A stretch of 64,000 bases of DNA from Macrostomum lignano (lineage: Eukaryota). Below the pieces are notes generated by a model. The model was not told the origin of the DNA, did no database searches, and saw only the letters and a program-made list of their open reading frames with translations. The translations under genes and the position numbers were made by a program. The stretch spans positions 1 through 64,000 of the forward strand of contig NIVC01001887.1 in the NCBI GenBank assembly GCA_002269645.1, in the 5' to 3' direction. Positions 35,661 to 48,117 of this stretch are shown here, in pieces. Positions within the stretch are counted from its first letter, which is position 1, and each line of letters starts with the position of its first letter.

Positions 35661-37137
35661 ACAGAACATCAAGTTTGAACGCTTATCACTTCGCCGCAAC
35701 AGATCATTAAACTAACATAAAGTATAAGAAGCTAGCCGATAAGTACGGACGCGTGTGAATAAACTACAGTAGCATAAGTACTGGCATACCTTAATTTATG
35801 GAAAGTCCAAAAAGTGGTGTGAAGCTCGTATAAAGCCAGCAAGTGATTTCTTACCTATTGGTTTTTGATAAACAGAGCTTTACAACGAATAGGTAATAAC
35901 TTTATGCCTCACAGGAACACATCTAGGCAAAGCTAGAGCGGCAAGGACAGGGAGAAAGGCGGACGAGAGGGACTGAAGTAGCTGGCCAACAAATAGCAGA
36001 CAGGCGCTGGTATGTTTCAGTTCAAGAGACTCCTTTTAACTGCCGATGAATCCCATTGGTAGAGGGCCTTCTTGCTAGCCTGGACGAAGGAAAGAAGTAA
36101 GCGCAAGAAGCCTCTCTGATTGCTGCACCGGACCCCCAAGCAGCAGCGCCTTCCCAACCAGTTCAGAGAAGGCGAAGCGAAGGCCCGGCAAAGCTCGCGC
36201 GCACTAAATCGCACTTTGCTTAACTTGCGGCCAGTTCTCAGACATGCCAAATCGGCTCTTCTGCCAATTGTTTTTGGTAATCAGTTATTTTCGAACGGCT
36301 CCCATGTTCCAGGATGAGATTTGGGAAACCATACTATGCACAAGAGCAAGTGGGAAGGCTTGGGTGAAACCTTCATCTATGCTTTTATATGAGCCATCAA
36401 ATAAAATCTGCTGTCTTCAGCTTCGATGCCTTTCAAATCTCCATTAAATCGAAGGGAAAGGAGCCGGACGGGCGCCGCCACACCCCCAAGCCGGGCTATT
36501 TTTAGCTCAGGACATTGGCAAGAAAGGTCCCGGTGGGATAGAGCGGACACAGAAAGAACAGGCCTAACACTCGTAAACAAGTGGCAAAAAACGAGGACTA
36601 GATGAGGAGACAAGTTCGAAACAAACGGCAGTGCAGCACGCAAAGTGCAAACTACTTTTCGGCTTGAGGGTGGGCGGCAGACGGAAGGGCATCGCAAGCA
36701 CCCGCCTGGTGGCGGCAGCCAGTGGGATTCGGAAGAGCTGACTGAAAAAATCCCTGCCCTGCCCCCCCCCCCCCATCATTCGAGTGTATCCTCATTTCTA
36801 AGCCAATAGCTCCGCCCTTTGCAATGGCCAATTCCATCGACATCTTTTGCAAGAAATCGCAGCACAAAGCCTTCCTCTTCCTCTCCCCCAGACAAGCGCC
36901 CAGTCTCCGTGTGAGCGCAGAAGTAGCGGGTGGGGCGGGCGAAATGCCAGCCAGCCTGACCGTCCCAGCCGCCAGCCTGAAGGCAAAAGCAAAAGCAATG
37001 AGAGGAAAAGTCCGCTGCCCCCGCCTATGCCGGTGTTCACTAAGCTGCTACTGCTGCTGCTCCATGCAGATGTCGGCATTTTTGCATGCAGGATTTGTAG
37101 AGCGTGCAGGTAAACTGGGTTGAAGAGAACAAATCAT

Positions 37138-37765
37138 CAGTGTGCGCTGCAACCACCCACCCCAGGCCTTCAGTGTGCGCTGCAAACAGCCATCCCAGGC
37201 CTTCAGTGGGCAGCTGCAACCACCCACCCAAAGCCTTCATGGTGCATTGCAAACACCCACCTCCTGTCCTTCAGTGGGCAACTGCAACCACCCAAATTCA
37301 GTCCTTCGGTGTGCGCTTCAACCACCCACCCCAGACCTTCAGTGGGCAACTGCAACCACACATCCCCTGGCCTTCAGCGTGCATTGCAAACACCCACCAC
37401 AAGCCTTCATGGTGCATTGCAAACACCCACCCCAGGCCTTCAGTGTGCATTGCAACCACCCACCCCAGTGCAACTGCAACCACCCACTTTCTGTCCTTCA
37501 GTGGGCAATTGCAACCACCTCCAGTCCTTCAGTCAACGGGCATTTGCAACCACCTCCAGTCCTTCAGTCAACGGGCATTTGCAACCACCTCCAGTCCTTC
37601 AGTCAACGGGCATTTGCAACCACCTCCAGTCCTTCAGTCAACGGGCAATTGCAACCACCTCCAGTCCTTCAGTCAATGGGCAATTGCAACCACCTCCAGT
37701 CCTTCAGTCAATGGGCATTTGCAACCACCTCCAGTCCTTCAGTGGGCAACTGCAACCACCTGCAG
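37138..37765. repeat. Minisatellite, ~35-bp unit GCAACCACCTCCAGTCCTTCAGTCAACGGGCATTT, degenerate on the left
   Basis: Tandem copies visible. Confidence 0.9.
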
Positions 37766-38869
37766 CTAACTTAGCTCTGCAAACAAACAACCTCAACTCT
37801 TTCAGTGGGTGCTACAACCAATCATCCATTACCAATCTTTTAATGTGACATTCATGCCTCACAATCATTTGCCTCTATTGTCTTTATAGTTTACTAAGGA
37901 CTTGATATCATCAAGACTTGACAATGTTGAACTTCTTAAATAAACTTCAAAATAAATTTATTAGAATAAATGAATTAGCATTTATCTTTTTAGACATGAC
38001 TTTATTAAGCATTGCTTAATCTTTTACTTTATTCAAAAACAATAAAAATATCATAAATACTAGAAACCACTCAAAATAAAATAACTAGATCATAAATAAA
38101 TAATAAAAAATATTATATTAACTTAAGTTATTCATTTAATTACTTAGTCAATGTTACAAATTTAATTGAATAGACACAAGACTTATTTTGTTATAATATA
38201 CATGTATAAATATCAAATATAACAATAGAAAAAGCTCCTTGATTGTCACAATATAAAAGGTCCTTTATTATTGCAGCAAAGTAATGCTTCATGAAGTTAT
38301 GTTGAAGTCTTTGGCAATTGTTTGCTCATTAAATTATTGAGATTTATATTATTGCATTAAGGAACAATTTTAATAAGTTTGTCTTATTGTCATACTCTGG
38401 ATCATGTAGTATATGCCCAAATTTTTGGGTATACATTGGCCTTGCATGCCAAAAGTAAGTGTGCACAGTTGGCATACATCACTCCCAAGAAAATAAAGTG
38501 TGTGCATACCTGGCATGCACTTTATAGAATCATGCAGATTGTGGAAGAGTTATTTTAAAGTAGAAAAAAGGTGAAAAAAAGTTCATTTTTAAGCATAAAT
38601 TTTAAGCTTTCTGGGTTTTAAAGCATGTAATAAAGCATTTAAACAAATCTTTGCATATACCAATTTTTTATTGTAAATAGTATTGCCAAAAAAGCATAAA
38701 AATCAACCAGATTATTTGCCAAAAAGGTTCCATTGCACAGTTAAAAAAAGTCATTTATTATCACAATGTAAAAAAGTTCATTTATTGTTGCAATACCAGT
38801 GTTGAGCATGGGCATGTATTTGTAATGATTCAATTTTTGTTTGGGCATGTATCCAGTGGCATTCTTTCA

Positions 38870-40960
38870 GTTTACAATCACCCCAAACAGTGACGATCAC
38901 CTTAAACAGTGACAATCACCACAAAAAACAGTTGTAAGACATAAAATCCATAGTTTTCAATGAAAAGAAATCAAATGTTGGCGAACTGACTTTGTTTATT
39001 TCAAAAGATGGTAAGATTGTCATAGCACTTTATATTTCACCTTTGGTTTACAATCACCCAAATGTATGTTGCCCATTGAAATGATCGTAAACCGAAGCTG
39101 ACAGTAGGAAAGCCTGTCAAACTAATTTCAATTGTCAAGTCACAAGTTTGACCTATAGTAGGCTATATATTTCACCTTCAGTTTACAATCACCCAAATGT
39201 ATGTTGCCCATTAAAATGATTGTGAACCAAAGCTGGCCATAAAAAAGTATATTAAGGGTTGACATGCTTTCTTATAGCCAGCTTCAGTTTACAATTATTC
39301 CAATGGAGTGTATGTGTAGAAGTAATCGTAAACCAAAAGTAAGGGGGTGTAGCACTAAAGATTAATTATATTAAGCTAGGGTTGACAGCATTCTTTTGTT
39401 TTACGATCACCTAGCACTGTCCCTATGGGAGTTGGGACTTTTGTTATACAATCCCCCCACAGAGAACAGAAAATTGCTTTTAAAATTGAACTTCAAAATG
39501 GGACCACTTCTAAGTGTGTCATTTTAACAAAAATATTGTGTCTTATAGAAGTTAGAAGCCTGTCCTTATATTCACTTTCATTATGTGATCATTTAAATGG
39601 TGAATTTATATGCAGATGATTGCAAGACGAAACTGAAAGAGCTTGTAGATTTCGACTTACAATCACACAAATAGTAAAATTGTATTGGAGGGATTGTATG
39701 ACGAAATGGTAGGAGATTGACACTATAATAGACATTTCAACCAAATAATCAATTGCAGCCTCTAATATGTCCGCGAATCAAAAGCCACCCGTTTTTTACA
39801 TGGCTCTTTTTGCACGGCCTTTTCGGGCGCCAACGCTGCCCTATGCCCCCCCCCCCTCACTTTTGTCATACGATCACCACTCAGTATAACACATAGGTCC
39901 AATGAACTAGGGGGATCGTATGACGAAAGTGAGGGGGGACGGTGCTTGTGAATCTTATAATAAATACAATTTCATTCTTGAACCCTGTAGATTGTTGATG
40001 GAGATTGATGTAGCAGGTCGTATCCGAAGCTGCCATGAACTGGTGCAAGTTCACCAGGGATGTAATGTGTAATCCATTCACTTTCGTCATACAATCCCTC
40101 TAATACAATTCTACCAATGCAGTGATCGTAATTTGAAACCTACAAGCTCTTTCGGTTTCGTCTTACGATCATCTACATATAACTTCACGATTTAAATGAT
40201 CATATGACAAAAGTGAATATAAGCTATGTGCTTTCATAACTAATGCTACGCTGATGATCCTCAAGTTGACTGGAAAGTGAGTTGCAATGATTTTGTTCTT
40301 GGAAAATGATGTGAAACGTACTTTTTGATAAACTAGAGTGTCTTTTCAACTTTTTTTAATAGGGATTATAAGACGAAACTTGACCTGCTCAGGGATCGTA
40401 AAATGAAAGAATGCCAGGTTGACATGCTTTCCTATAGCCAGCTTCGGTTCACGATCATTTCAATGGAGTGTATGTGTGGAAGTGATCATAAACCGAAGGT
40501 TAGGGGGTGTGGTGCTGAAGATTAATTATACTAATTAAGGGTTGACATATGCTTTTCTATAGCTAGCTTTGGTTCACGATCTTCTTAATGGGTAATGTAC
40601 ATTTGGGTGATTGTAAACGAAAGGTGAAATATATAAGCTACCATAGCTCAAACTTGCAACTTGACAATTGAAATTAGTTTGACAGGCTTTCCTATTGCCA
40701 GCTTTGGTTCATGATCATTTTAATAAGAAATGTAGTGAATTGATGTTTAATCTTTTCAATTTCAAATAAACAAGGTTAGTTGATCAACCAACTTTTGTTT
40801 TTTTTCATTTGAAACTACTGTTGGTTTTTATGTCTTAGTTTTGAACACCATTTTTGCATTGCAGTTAAGCAAAATATAAGGTGATTGTAAACCAAAACTG
40901 GAAAAATAGGTGATCATAAACTGAAACTGGCAAAATAGACAGTGATTATAAACTGAAGGA
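38870..40960. mobile_element. Foldback-type non-autonomous DNA element: ~0.85-kb inverted arms built from GTTTAC(A/G)ATCACC sub-repeats around a central hairpin; may extend to TIR-like motifs at 38392 and ~40981
   Basis: 39045-39200 is the reverse complement of 40590-40720, 39560-39715 mirrors 40080-40220, and 38935-39010 mirrors 40750-40840. Central hairpin CCCCCCTCACTTTTGTCATACGATC ... GATCGTATGACGAAAGTGAGGGGGG at ~39851-39938. No transposase ORF. Confidence 0.8.
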
Positions 40961-41448
40961 TTGCCCATCTAGCATGATCCTATAGTCTGGATCATGGCAG
41001 GCATATGCTAGAATGAAAATTCATGTTTTTTCAATTTTATACCAATGACAATGTTAAATTGAAAAAAAAATTATGCCAAGCTCAAAACTATTTATATGCC
41101 ATTTTTTAAATAATATATATTCATACAAATTTTAAAGTTTTATTAAACTTTAAAATGGCTTTTTTGCCAAAAACTGATATTCTTTGTTTTAATTTTGTTT
41201 TTTTTGTGATTGTGTTAATATTTTCTGTTTTAGTTTCTGGTTATTTATAAAGAGCTTTCAATGTTGGTTTATATATAACTACATTTACAATTATATTAGC
41301 CTTGAACTTGGCTATTTTTTATATGCTAACTATGTACACTTCATGTTGAACCTGAAAATTCCATATGCCAAGTGTATGCCAAGATTGTCAATGAGAGCAA
41401 AATATGCTAGAAAATTCTGGTATAAACTTATAAAGACTACCTTTCGGA

Positions 41449-41952
41449 CCATAGTGTGGATCATGCTAAGTGCACGCGAGAAACGACCCAAAGCTAATTC
41501 CCAAAAGCACGCTGACGACAAGCGAATGCACGCCGATGCACGCCAATAAATTAAAATTCAAATTGAAGACAAAAAACGTATTTTAAATTGCATTGTGTAA
41601 AACAAAGCAACAAACGATGTACAAAAGAAATGATATATCTTTAAAAACGTGTATTTCTCATACATTAATTTTTTCAACAGTCTTATACACTGTTTATTTA
41701 CAATAGTTTTTTTTTCAAAAGTTAAATACAATAATACATATTTTATGTCTGCTTACCATTGCATTGGCAGCTTTGCCACATCAGGTGCCAGGCAGGCAGC
41801 ACGCGTCGCATGCCAGGCACGCCAATGTATTTATGTATTGTGCATTATGCACACCAAATGCATGCCACTTACCTAATTGCACGCCGGTGCACGCCACTTT
41901 TAAAAATGCACGCGGGAAAATTCTCGCGTGCACTACATGATCTACACTATGG
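41449..41952. mobile_element. MITE, 504 bp, ~33-bp TIRs (CCATAGTGTGGATCATG...GTGCACGCGAGAA), 8-bp TSD
   Basis: Left end CCATAGTGTGGATCATGCTAAGTGCACGCGAGAA; right end reverse complement CCATAGTGTAGATCATGTAGTGCACGCGAGAA. Flanks CTTTCGGA (41441-41448) and CTTTCAGA (41953-41960) match at 7/8 positions. Confidence 0.85.
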
Positions 41953-43180
41953 CTTTCAGATTAGATCCAGACTTGTTATTGACAAATGTGCTTAGCTTGT
42001 TTTAACTATTGACAAATTTGATTCAATCCAATTTCTTAAATTTTAGGTCTATTGACAAATAAGATATTGACCCATTTGGTGTAACCCCACTAGACACTTT
42101 CCTAATAATGGTAAATATAGCTATAAGCCCATATATAATATAACAAAGCATATTTTTTAAGCAATAAAAAAAATTAAATCTAATCAGCTAAAAATCAATA
42201 CTAATGACAAATAGGCCTACTAACTAAATAATGACAAATTTTACACACTATTAGGCAAAATTACTGATGCCAGTGATGGAGGAATGAGAAAATAAATACA
42301 ATACAATACAATGAAAGAATATTTTAAATGAAGGTAGGCCTAGGCCTACTTAATTACTACTACAAAATAGTTATTTCTAATTCTAGTGCCATGATTCTAA
42401 CTCTTGTGCAGACGTGGACTGAAGAGTTTCGTCCAGTGTTAAGATTCCCAACATTCTCTTGCATATTTATACCTTTAAAAAATGTGGCACAGATGACAGA
42501 TTGACAGAATATTACGGTTATAAAATTAATATCGATTTTCGAAGGGCCTATGATAAATGAAAAAATGTTACAAGGATTCTAGAATCTATAAGTCCAAATA
42601 GCGGTCGGTGCTAAGTATACAATTCACATTTTGACAAGACACATTCAGACACGAATTTTTTATTTTTATTATAACTTTCATAGAACTACTACATAAGTCA
42701 AATTAACTTGTAGAGTATAACAATCCGTTCCGCTTCTCTTACTTAGCGCAGTAATATTCTGGTACTATAATGAATATAATTGCTTGTTTAGAAAATTTAA
42801 TTCTTTAGATCACACGCCACTCTCTTGTTTACGCCCCAGCAATAAGATGGATGTTATCGAGACGCGAGACCCCATATTAGGCCTATTATTATATCTCTGA
42901 CAGAACCGTTTACAATAAATAATTTTGATTTATTTATATTATGTGATACGACTGCTAAAGCTTTGCCAACTCACTCATTCAAAGATCAGACTAAAGTGAA
43001 GCATAAGCCTGTATGTAGTCTTGTCCCATTGATGACCTTTTATTATAAAGGCTTCCACCTGAATTTCTGAGTAGGTACTGAACCCGAGTAGGTCTAAGTT
43101 CTATTGTATTGGAGTTTTATTGGCCCTACTATCTTAAAAACATTTCTCTTGGCTATTGTACTCCTCAATTTAAAATTACA

Positions 43181-46100
43181 ATGAGTGAAAATAGGCCTAG
43201 TAAGAAAGATTTGCCATTAAGTATTATTCAGTTTCTTGAAAGTGAGCTTCAAATTCATAGGGAAGGAGCTACCAATAATGACTTTGTAGAAAGCATTGAA
43301 GGTATGTATTACTATTAATATTTGTCATATAAAATTTGTTTTTTTTGCCAAGTCATTTGATATTGTGCTAGTGGTGTTCCTGTACGATACAAAATCCTAT
43401 CGCTTAACCACCAAAGTTGTCAAAGGGCTGATTCTTCTGTCTCTACAAATGATTCCACAGCTGTCACTAAAGTTGTCAAAAGGCTTAACTTCTGTCTTTA
43501 TAAATGATTCCACAATGCCACCAAGTTGTTAAAGGGCTGCTTCTTCTATCTCTACAAATGATTCCACAGCTGTCACCAAAGTTGTTATAGGGGTTAGGCC
43601 TAGGCCTAACTTCTATCTTTATAAATGTTGGTAGCTGCCACCAAGACTACTTTATTAATAAATTATGAGTTTATTAATCTTAGAATAAGTCTGAGAAATG
43701 TTTCTTGGAATTAGTCTAAGTATATATCTGAGTATTTGTCTGAGTATATTGTTCTTAAAATACTATTTAGCCCTTACAAGTATCATTATCCTGTTATTCT
43801 TTTAGTGTTTACTATTATTCTGGTAACGTTTACTGTTATTCTGGCCTGAGTGGTATATTGGCTTACTGGTATATGTATTACATGTACTTCCAATCCTGGG
43901 TGTTACCAAGATCAGAGGGTCACAGCCTCTGGTTATTCTTTCATCTATTGATTTAGGATCTTCTTCATAGTCTTTTACTACTTCCACTTCTCAGTAGTAT
44001 ACATTGTATGTGTTCTCTACCACTTCACTTCTCTTTTGCAAATAAATAACTTGGAAAACAATCTTCAATAATGTTTACTCGGAACTCTTACTATTTGATA
44101 CTGGCTGTGGCTTTCTTTTTGAAGGAACCGCGATGCGCAAGATTGGTCTTTCCTCTGCCAAAAATGCTTCTATTTATTACTAAAATTTGCTGCTAGTTTA
44201 AACAAAAATTAGTTTGTGTAAAATATTATAAAAATACATGTATTATAACAAATGTGTTTTCCTAGATTTGGCACTTATTCAAAATGAGTTATACAATTAT
44301 CAATTTTATAATAAAAGAATCGGGAGGGGCCTGCACAATATTTAAATTTTATTTTGCTGATTTCAAGCCCTATTTTTCATCATTACTTATTTAAAAAAGT
44401 CATTAATTTATTGTATGTTTATTTTATAATTTTATAAGCTATTGAAACCTAAGTCATATTCAAACAAACACTTGTTGATAATTAGGATAGAAGTTAAAAA
44501 AATGAATAATTCTAGGCCTACTAATTCAATTTAAATCAAGATTTAAATCCAGCATTGATCTTATTGGCTGGGGTACTATGCTGAATGAGTCTATCTAAAT
44601 GTCTATCTAAATCATATGTTGGCAAACTCTGGCATTTGCCTCTTTTTCTGTCTTTTCTTTTCTTTTTTCTTTTCTCATCTTATTTATTTTATTGTCTTCT
44701 CTATTTTCTTTTCTTTCTTCTTTTATCATTCCTTTTTTATTTCCTCTTCTTTCTCTCTCTCTCTCTTCTGTTTTCTCTTCTCTCTCATATCTATTCTTTC
44801 TCCATTGCTCTTTTTTGTTTCCTCTCTTCTCTCCTTTCTGATTTCTTTTTTCTCTATTCTTTATTATTGTGTCTATTTTCCCATATTTTCTTGCTACTCC
44901 CTCATCTTTCCTCTCTCTTCTCTAAGTTCTCATCTCTTATCTATTTATTCTTGTCTCTGCTCTTTTATTTCCCCTCTCTTCTGTTAGCTTTAGGCCTATT
45001 CTCTTATATATTCTCTTGCCTATATGTGGGTTCCCCAACAGATATTCTCCCAATAGATATTTTTTCCTTCAAATAGAAAATTCAAACAAAAATGAATTCG
45101 TGTTTTGGGATACATTCCTTACTCTGACACCATATTCAGCTTTAAAAATTTGTAAGTTGAAATTTTCTGTCCCAAAGGAAAAACATTAAGTATGTCAAAA
45201 GATTAATTCATTTGGCACTCCTTACAAACACATTTTGGAAGCAAATATCTCGAGAAATACAAAAGGCAATCATGTGTCTAAGATGTCATTGCAAAGCTGA
45301 GACATTCGTCAAGAATTAATAAAAGTTTCAGAGCAAATGATTGAAGCATTGAGACGCAGCGATAAATCAAAACTTTTTGTTGATCAACGATCTTCAACCA
45401 AGATCAACCAAAACTTCTGTAAATGACCTGCTAAATGACCTGCATTTGAAATCACTGGCGTCTGCCCTTCTAAAATTCTATTTAAATCCGTCTGAGCTAA
45501 TTGATTAAAAGGCCTTCCCCTTTCTGTTGCCACCCAGTTGCTATGCAGTGCATCGAGTCGGCCTATGGACTAGGCGAATCGAGGAACGGTGCCGAGCAGC
45601 AGCAGCCGCCTCGCCCAAGTCTGGCGGCCGTCTACGCTGCCGGCTGCCAGGCCCTGGCGTCGGAGATTCACCAGACAGCCGAGCGTCTTAAAGCCGAGGG
45701 CAACGCGCTGATGTCCGGCAACAGGCCGTTGGAGGCGGTGGCCGCCTATACGCGCGCCATCGAGACGGCGCCGGGCAGCGCTGTCTACCACTGCAACCGG
45801 GCTGCCGCCTATTCGAAACTCGGCGATCACGAGGCCGCCATCCGTGACTGCGAGCTGGCGCTGGCTGCCGACCCCGGCTACGCCAAGGCCTACGGCAGGC
45901 TGGGCTTCGCGTATGCCGCCACGGGCCGGCACGCCAGAGCAGCCGAGTATTATGGCCGGGCCCTGCAGCTGGAGCCCAACTGCGTAGGCTATCGCCAGAA
46001 TCTGGATACCGCCAGGGCTGCCGCTGCCCGGGCTGACGTGAGTAACAAGGCTGCTCCTTGCTCCCTCATCCTCACCAGTATCTACTGACATCCTCACCAG

Positions 46101-47387
46101 TATCTACTGACATCCTCACCAGTATCTACTGACATCCTCACCAGTATCTACTGATATCCTCACCAATAACTACTGACACCCTCACCAGTATCTACTGACA
46201 CCCTCACCAGTTATCTACTGACATCCTCACCAGTTATCTACTGACACCCTCACCAGTATCTACTGACACCCTCACCAGTTATCTACTGACATCCTCACCA
46301 GTTATCTACTGACATCCTCACCAGTATCTACTGACTTACTCACCAGTATCTACTGACATCCTCACCAGTATCTACTGACATCCTCACCAGTATCTACTGA
46401 CATCCTCACCAATATCTACTGACACCCTCACCAGTATCTACTGACACCCTCACTAGTTATCTACTGACATCCTCACCAGTATCTACTGACATCCTCACCA
46501 ATATCTAGTGACACCCCCACCAGTATCTAGTGATATCCTCACCAATATCTAGTGACATCCTCACCAGTATCTACTGACATCCTCACCAATATCTAGTGAC
46601 ACCCCCACCAGTATCTAGTGACATCCTCAACAGTATCTAGTGACATCCTCACCAATATCTACTGACACCCTCACCAGTATCTACTGACATCCTCACCAAT
46701 ATCTAGTGACATCCTTACCAATATCTAGTGAAATCCTCACCAATATCTAGTGACATCCTTACCAATATCTAGTGAAATCCTCACCAATATCTAGTGACAT
46801 CCTTACCAATATCTAGTGAAATCCTCACCAATATCTAGTGACATCCTTACCAGTATCTAGTGAAATCCTCACCAATATCTAGTGACATCCTTACCAATAT
46901 CTAGTGACATCCTCACCAATATCTAGTGACATCCTTACCAATATCTAGTGACATCCTCACCAATATCTAGTGACATCCTTACCAATATCTAGTGATATCC
47001 TCACCGAAATTCCCGTGGCGTTTCCAGCCCACAGCCCAGCAGAGGCAGCCGCCTCAGCAGCAGCCGCAGCCGGACGGGCGGCCCCGCCTGCCGGTGGACT
47101 TCCAGATGATGATGAACCAACCGGATGCGCTGCGCCACGCCTCCCAGATGGTCACCAACATGGCCGGCCATCTGCCGCCGTCCTTGAACCTCAGCCGGCT
47201 CAGCGCCGACGAGCTGGCCGGCATGGGCCGCGAGTTCGCCAGCTTCCTGGCCTCGCACAACCCCGCCCTGTCCGAGCAGCTCAACGCCTCCGTGTCCCGA
47301 GGCGGCGAAGGAAATGACGGCACTGGAGGCGGAGGCGGAAGCGGAAATGGAGAAAGGCAAAGCCGACCGCCTGACTATTTCTCTTGA
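43181..47387 (+). CDS. SGTA: Small glutamine-rich TPR co-chaperone SGTA/Sgt2; exons 43181-43301, 45538-46037, 47028-47387 (326 aa)
   Basis: Exon 1 + exon 2 give the N-terminal dimerization domain (SIIQFLESEL...ESIE|VAMQCIESAYGL). Three TPRs follow (AERLKAEGNALM..AVAAYTRAI..AVYHCNRAAAYSKLG..AIRDCELAL..YAKAYGRLGFAY). C-terminal GREFASFLASHNPALSEQL motif. GT/AG junctions of phase 1 and 0; total 981 nt. Confidence 0.9.
43405..43645. repeat. Degenerate ~57-bp tandem repeat in SGTA intron 1
   Basis: CACCAAAGTTGTCAAAGGGCT...ACAAATGATTCCACAGCTGT recurs about 4 times. Confidence 0.75.
44630..45010. repeat. Pyrimidine-rich low-complexity tract (TC/TT) in SGTA intron 1
   Basis: Almost purine-free on the plus strand; accounts for the Phe/Leu/Ser ORFs 44585 and 44616. 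Confidence 0.8.
46058..47006. repeat. Intronic minisatellite, 22-bp unit CATCCTCACCA(G/A)TATCTA(C/G)TGA, filling SGTA intron 2
   Basis: Tandem copies from 20 nt after the donor to ~20 nt before the acceptor; unit drifts from ...CTACTGA to ...CTAGTGA along the array. Confidence 0.96.
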
Positions 47388-47419
47388 TCGCAGCGATTAT
47401 GCTGTTGCCTAGCCTGCAA

Positions 47420-48117
47420 CTTTACCCTTGCCTACGGTCCCAGATCCCGGCATTCATCCTAGATCCCTACCTCACAGTCCCAGTCCCGGCATTCATCCTA
47501 GATCCCTACCTCACAGTCCCAGTCCCGGCATTCATCCTAGATCCCTACCTCACAGTCCCAGATCCCGGCATTCATCCTAGATCCCTACCTCACAGTCCCA
47601 GTCCCGGCATTCATCCTAGATCCCTACCTCACAGTCCCAGTCCCGGCATTCATCCTAGATCCCTACCTCACAGTCCCAGTCCCGGCATTCATCCTAGATC
47701 CCTACCTCACAGTCCCAGATCCCGGCATTCATCCTAGATCCCTACCTCACAGTCCCAGTCCCGGCATTCATCCTAGATCCCTACCTCACAGTCCCAGTCC
47801 CGGCATTCATCCTAGATCCCTACCTCACAGTCCCAGTCCCGGCATTCATCCTAGATCCCTACCTCACAGTCCCAGATCCCGGCATTCATCCTAGATCCCT
47901 ACCTCACAGTCCCAGTCCCGGCATTCATCCTAGATCCCTACCTCACAGTCCCAGTCCCGGCATTCATCCTAGATCCCTACCTCACAGTCCCAGTCCCGGC
48001 ATTCATCCTTGATCCCTACCTCACAGTCCCAGTCCCGGCATTCATCCTAGATCCCTACCTCACAGTCCCAGTCCCGGCATTCATCCTAGATCCCTACCTC
48101 ACAGTCCCAGTCCCGGG
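47420..48117. repeat. Minisatellite, 39-bp unit CCCGGCATTCATCCTAGATCCCTACCTCACAGTCCCAGT, 3' of the SGTA stop
   Basis: Tandem copies visible. Confidence 0.96.

Noticed and set aside
43109-43318. 69-aa standalone ORF from the track
   Set aside because: Its central part is SGTA exon 1 (ATG 43181 to donor 43302); the remainder is UTR or intron.
43802-44170. Short minus-strand ORF remnants in SGTA intron 1
   Set aside because: Interrupted by stops, with no recognisable viral or transposon motif.
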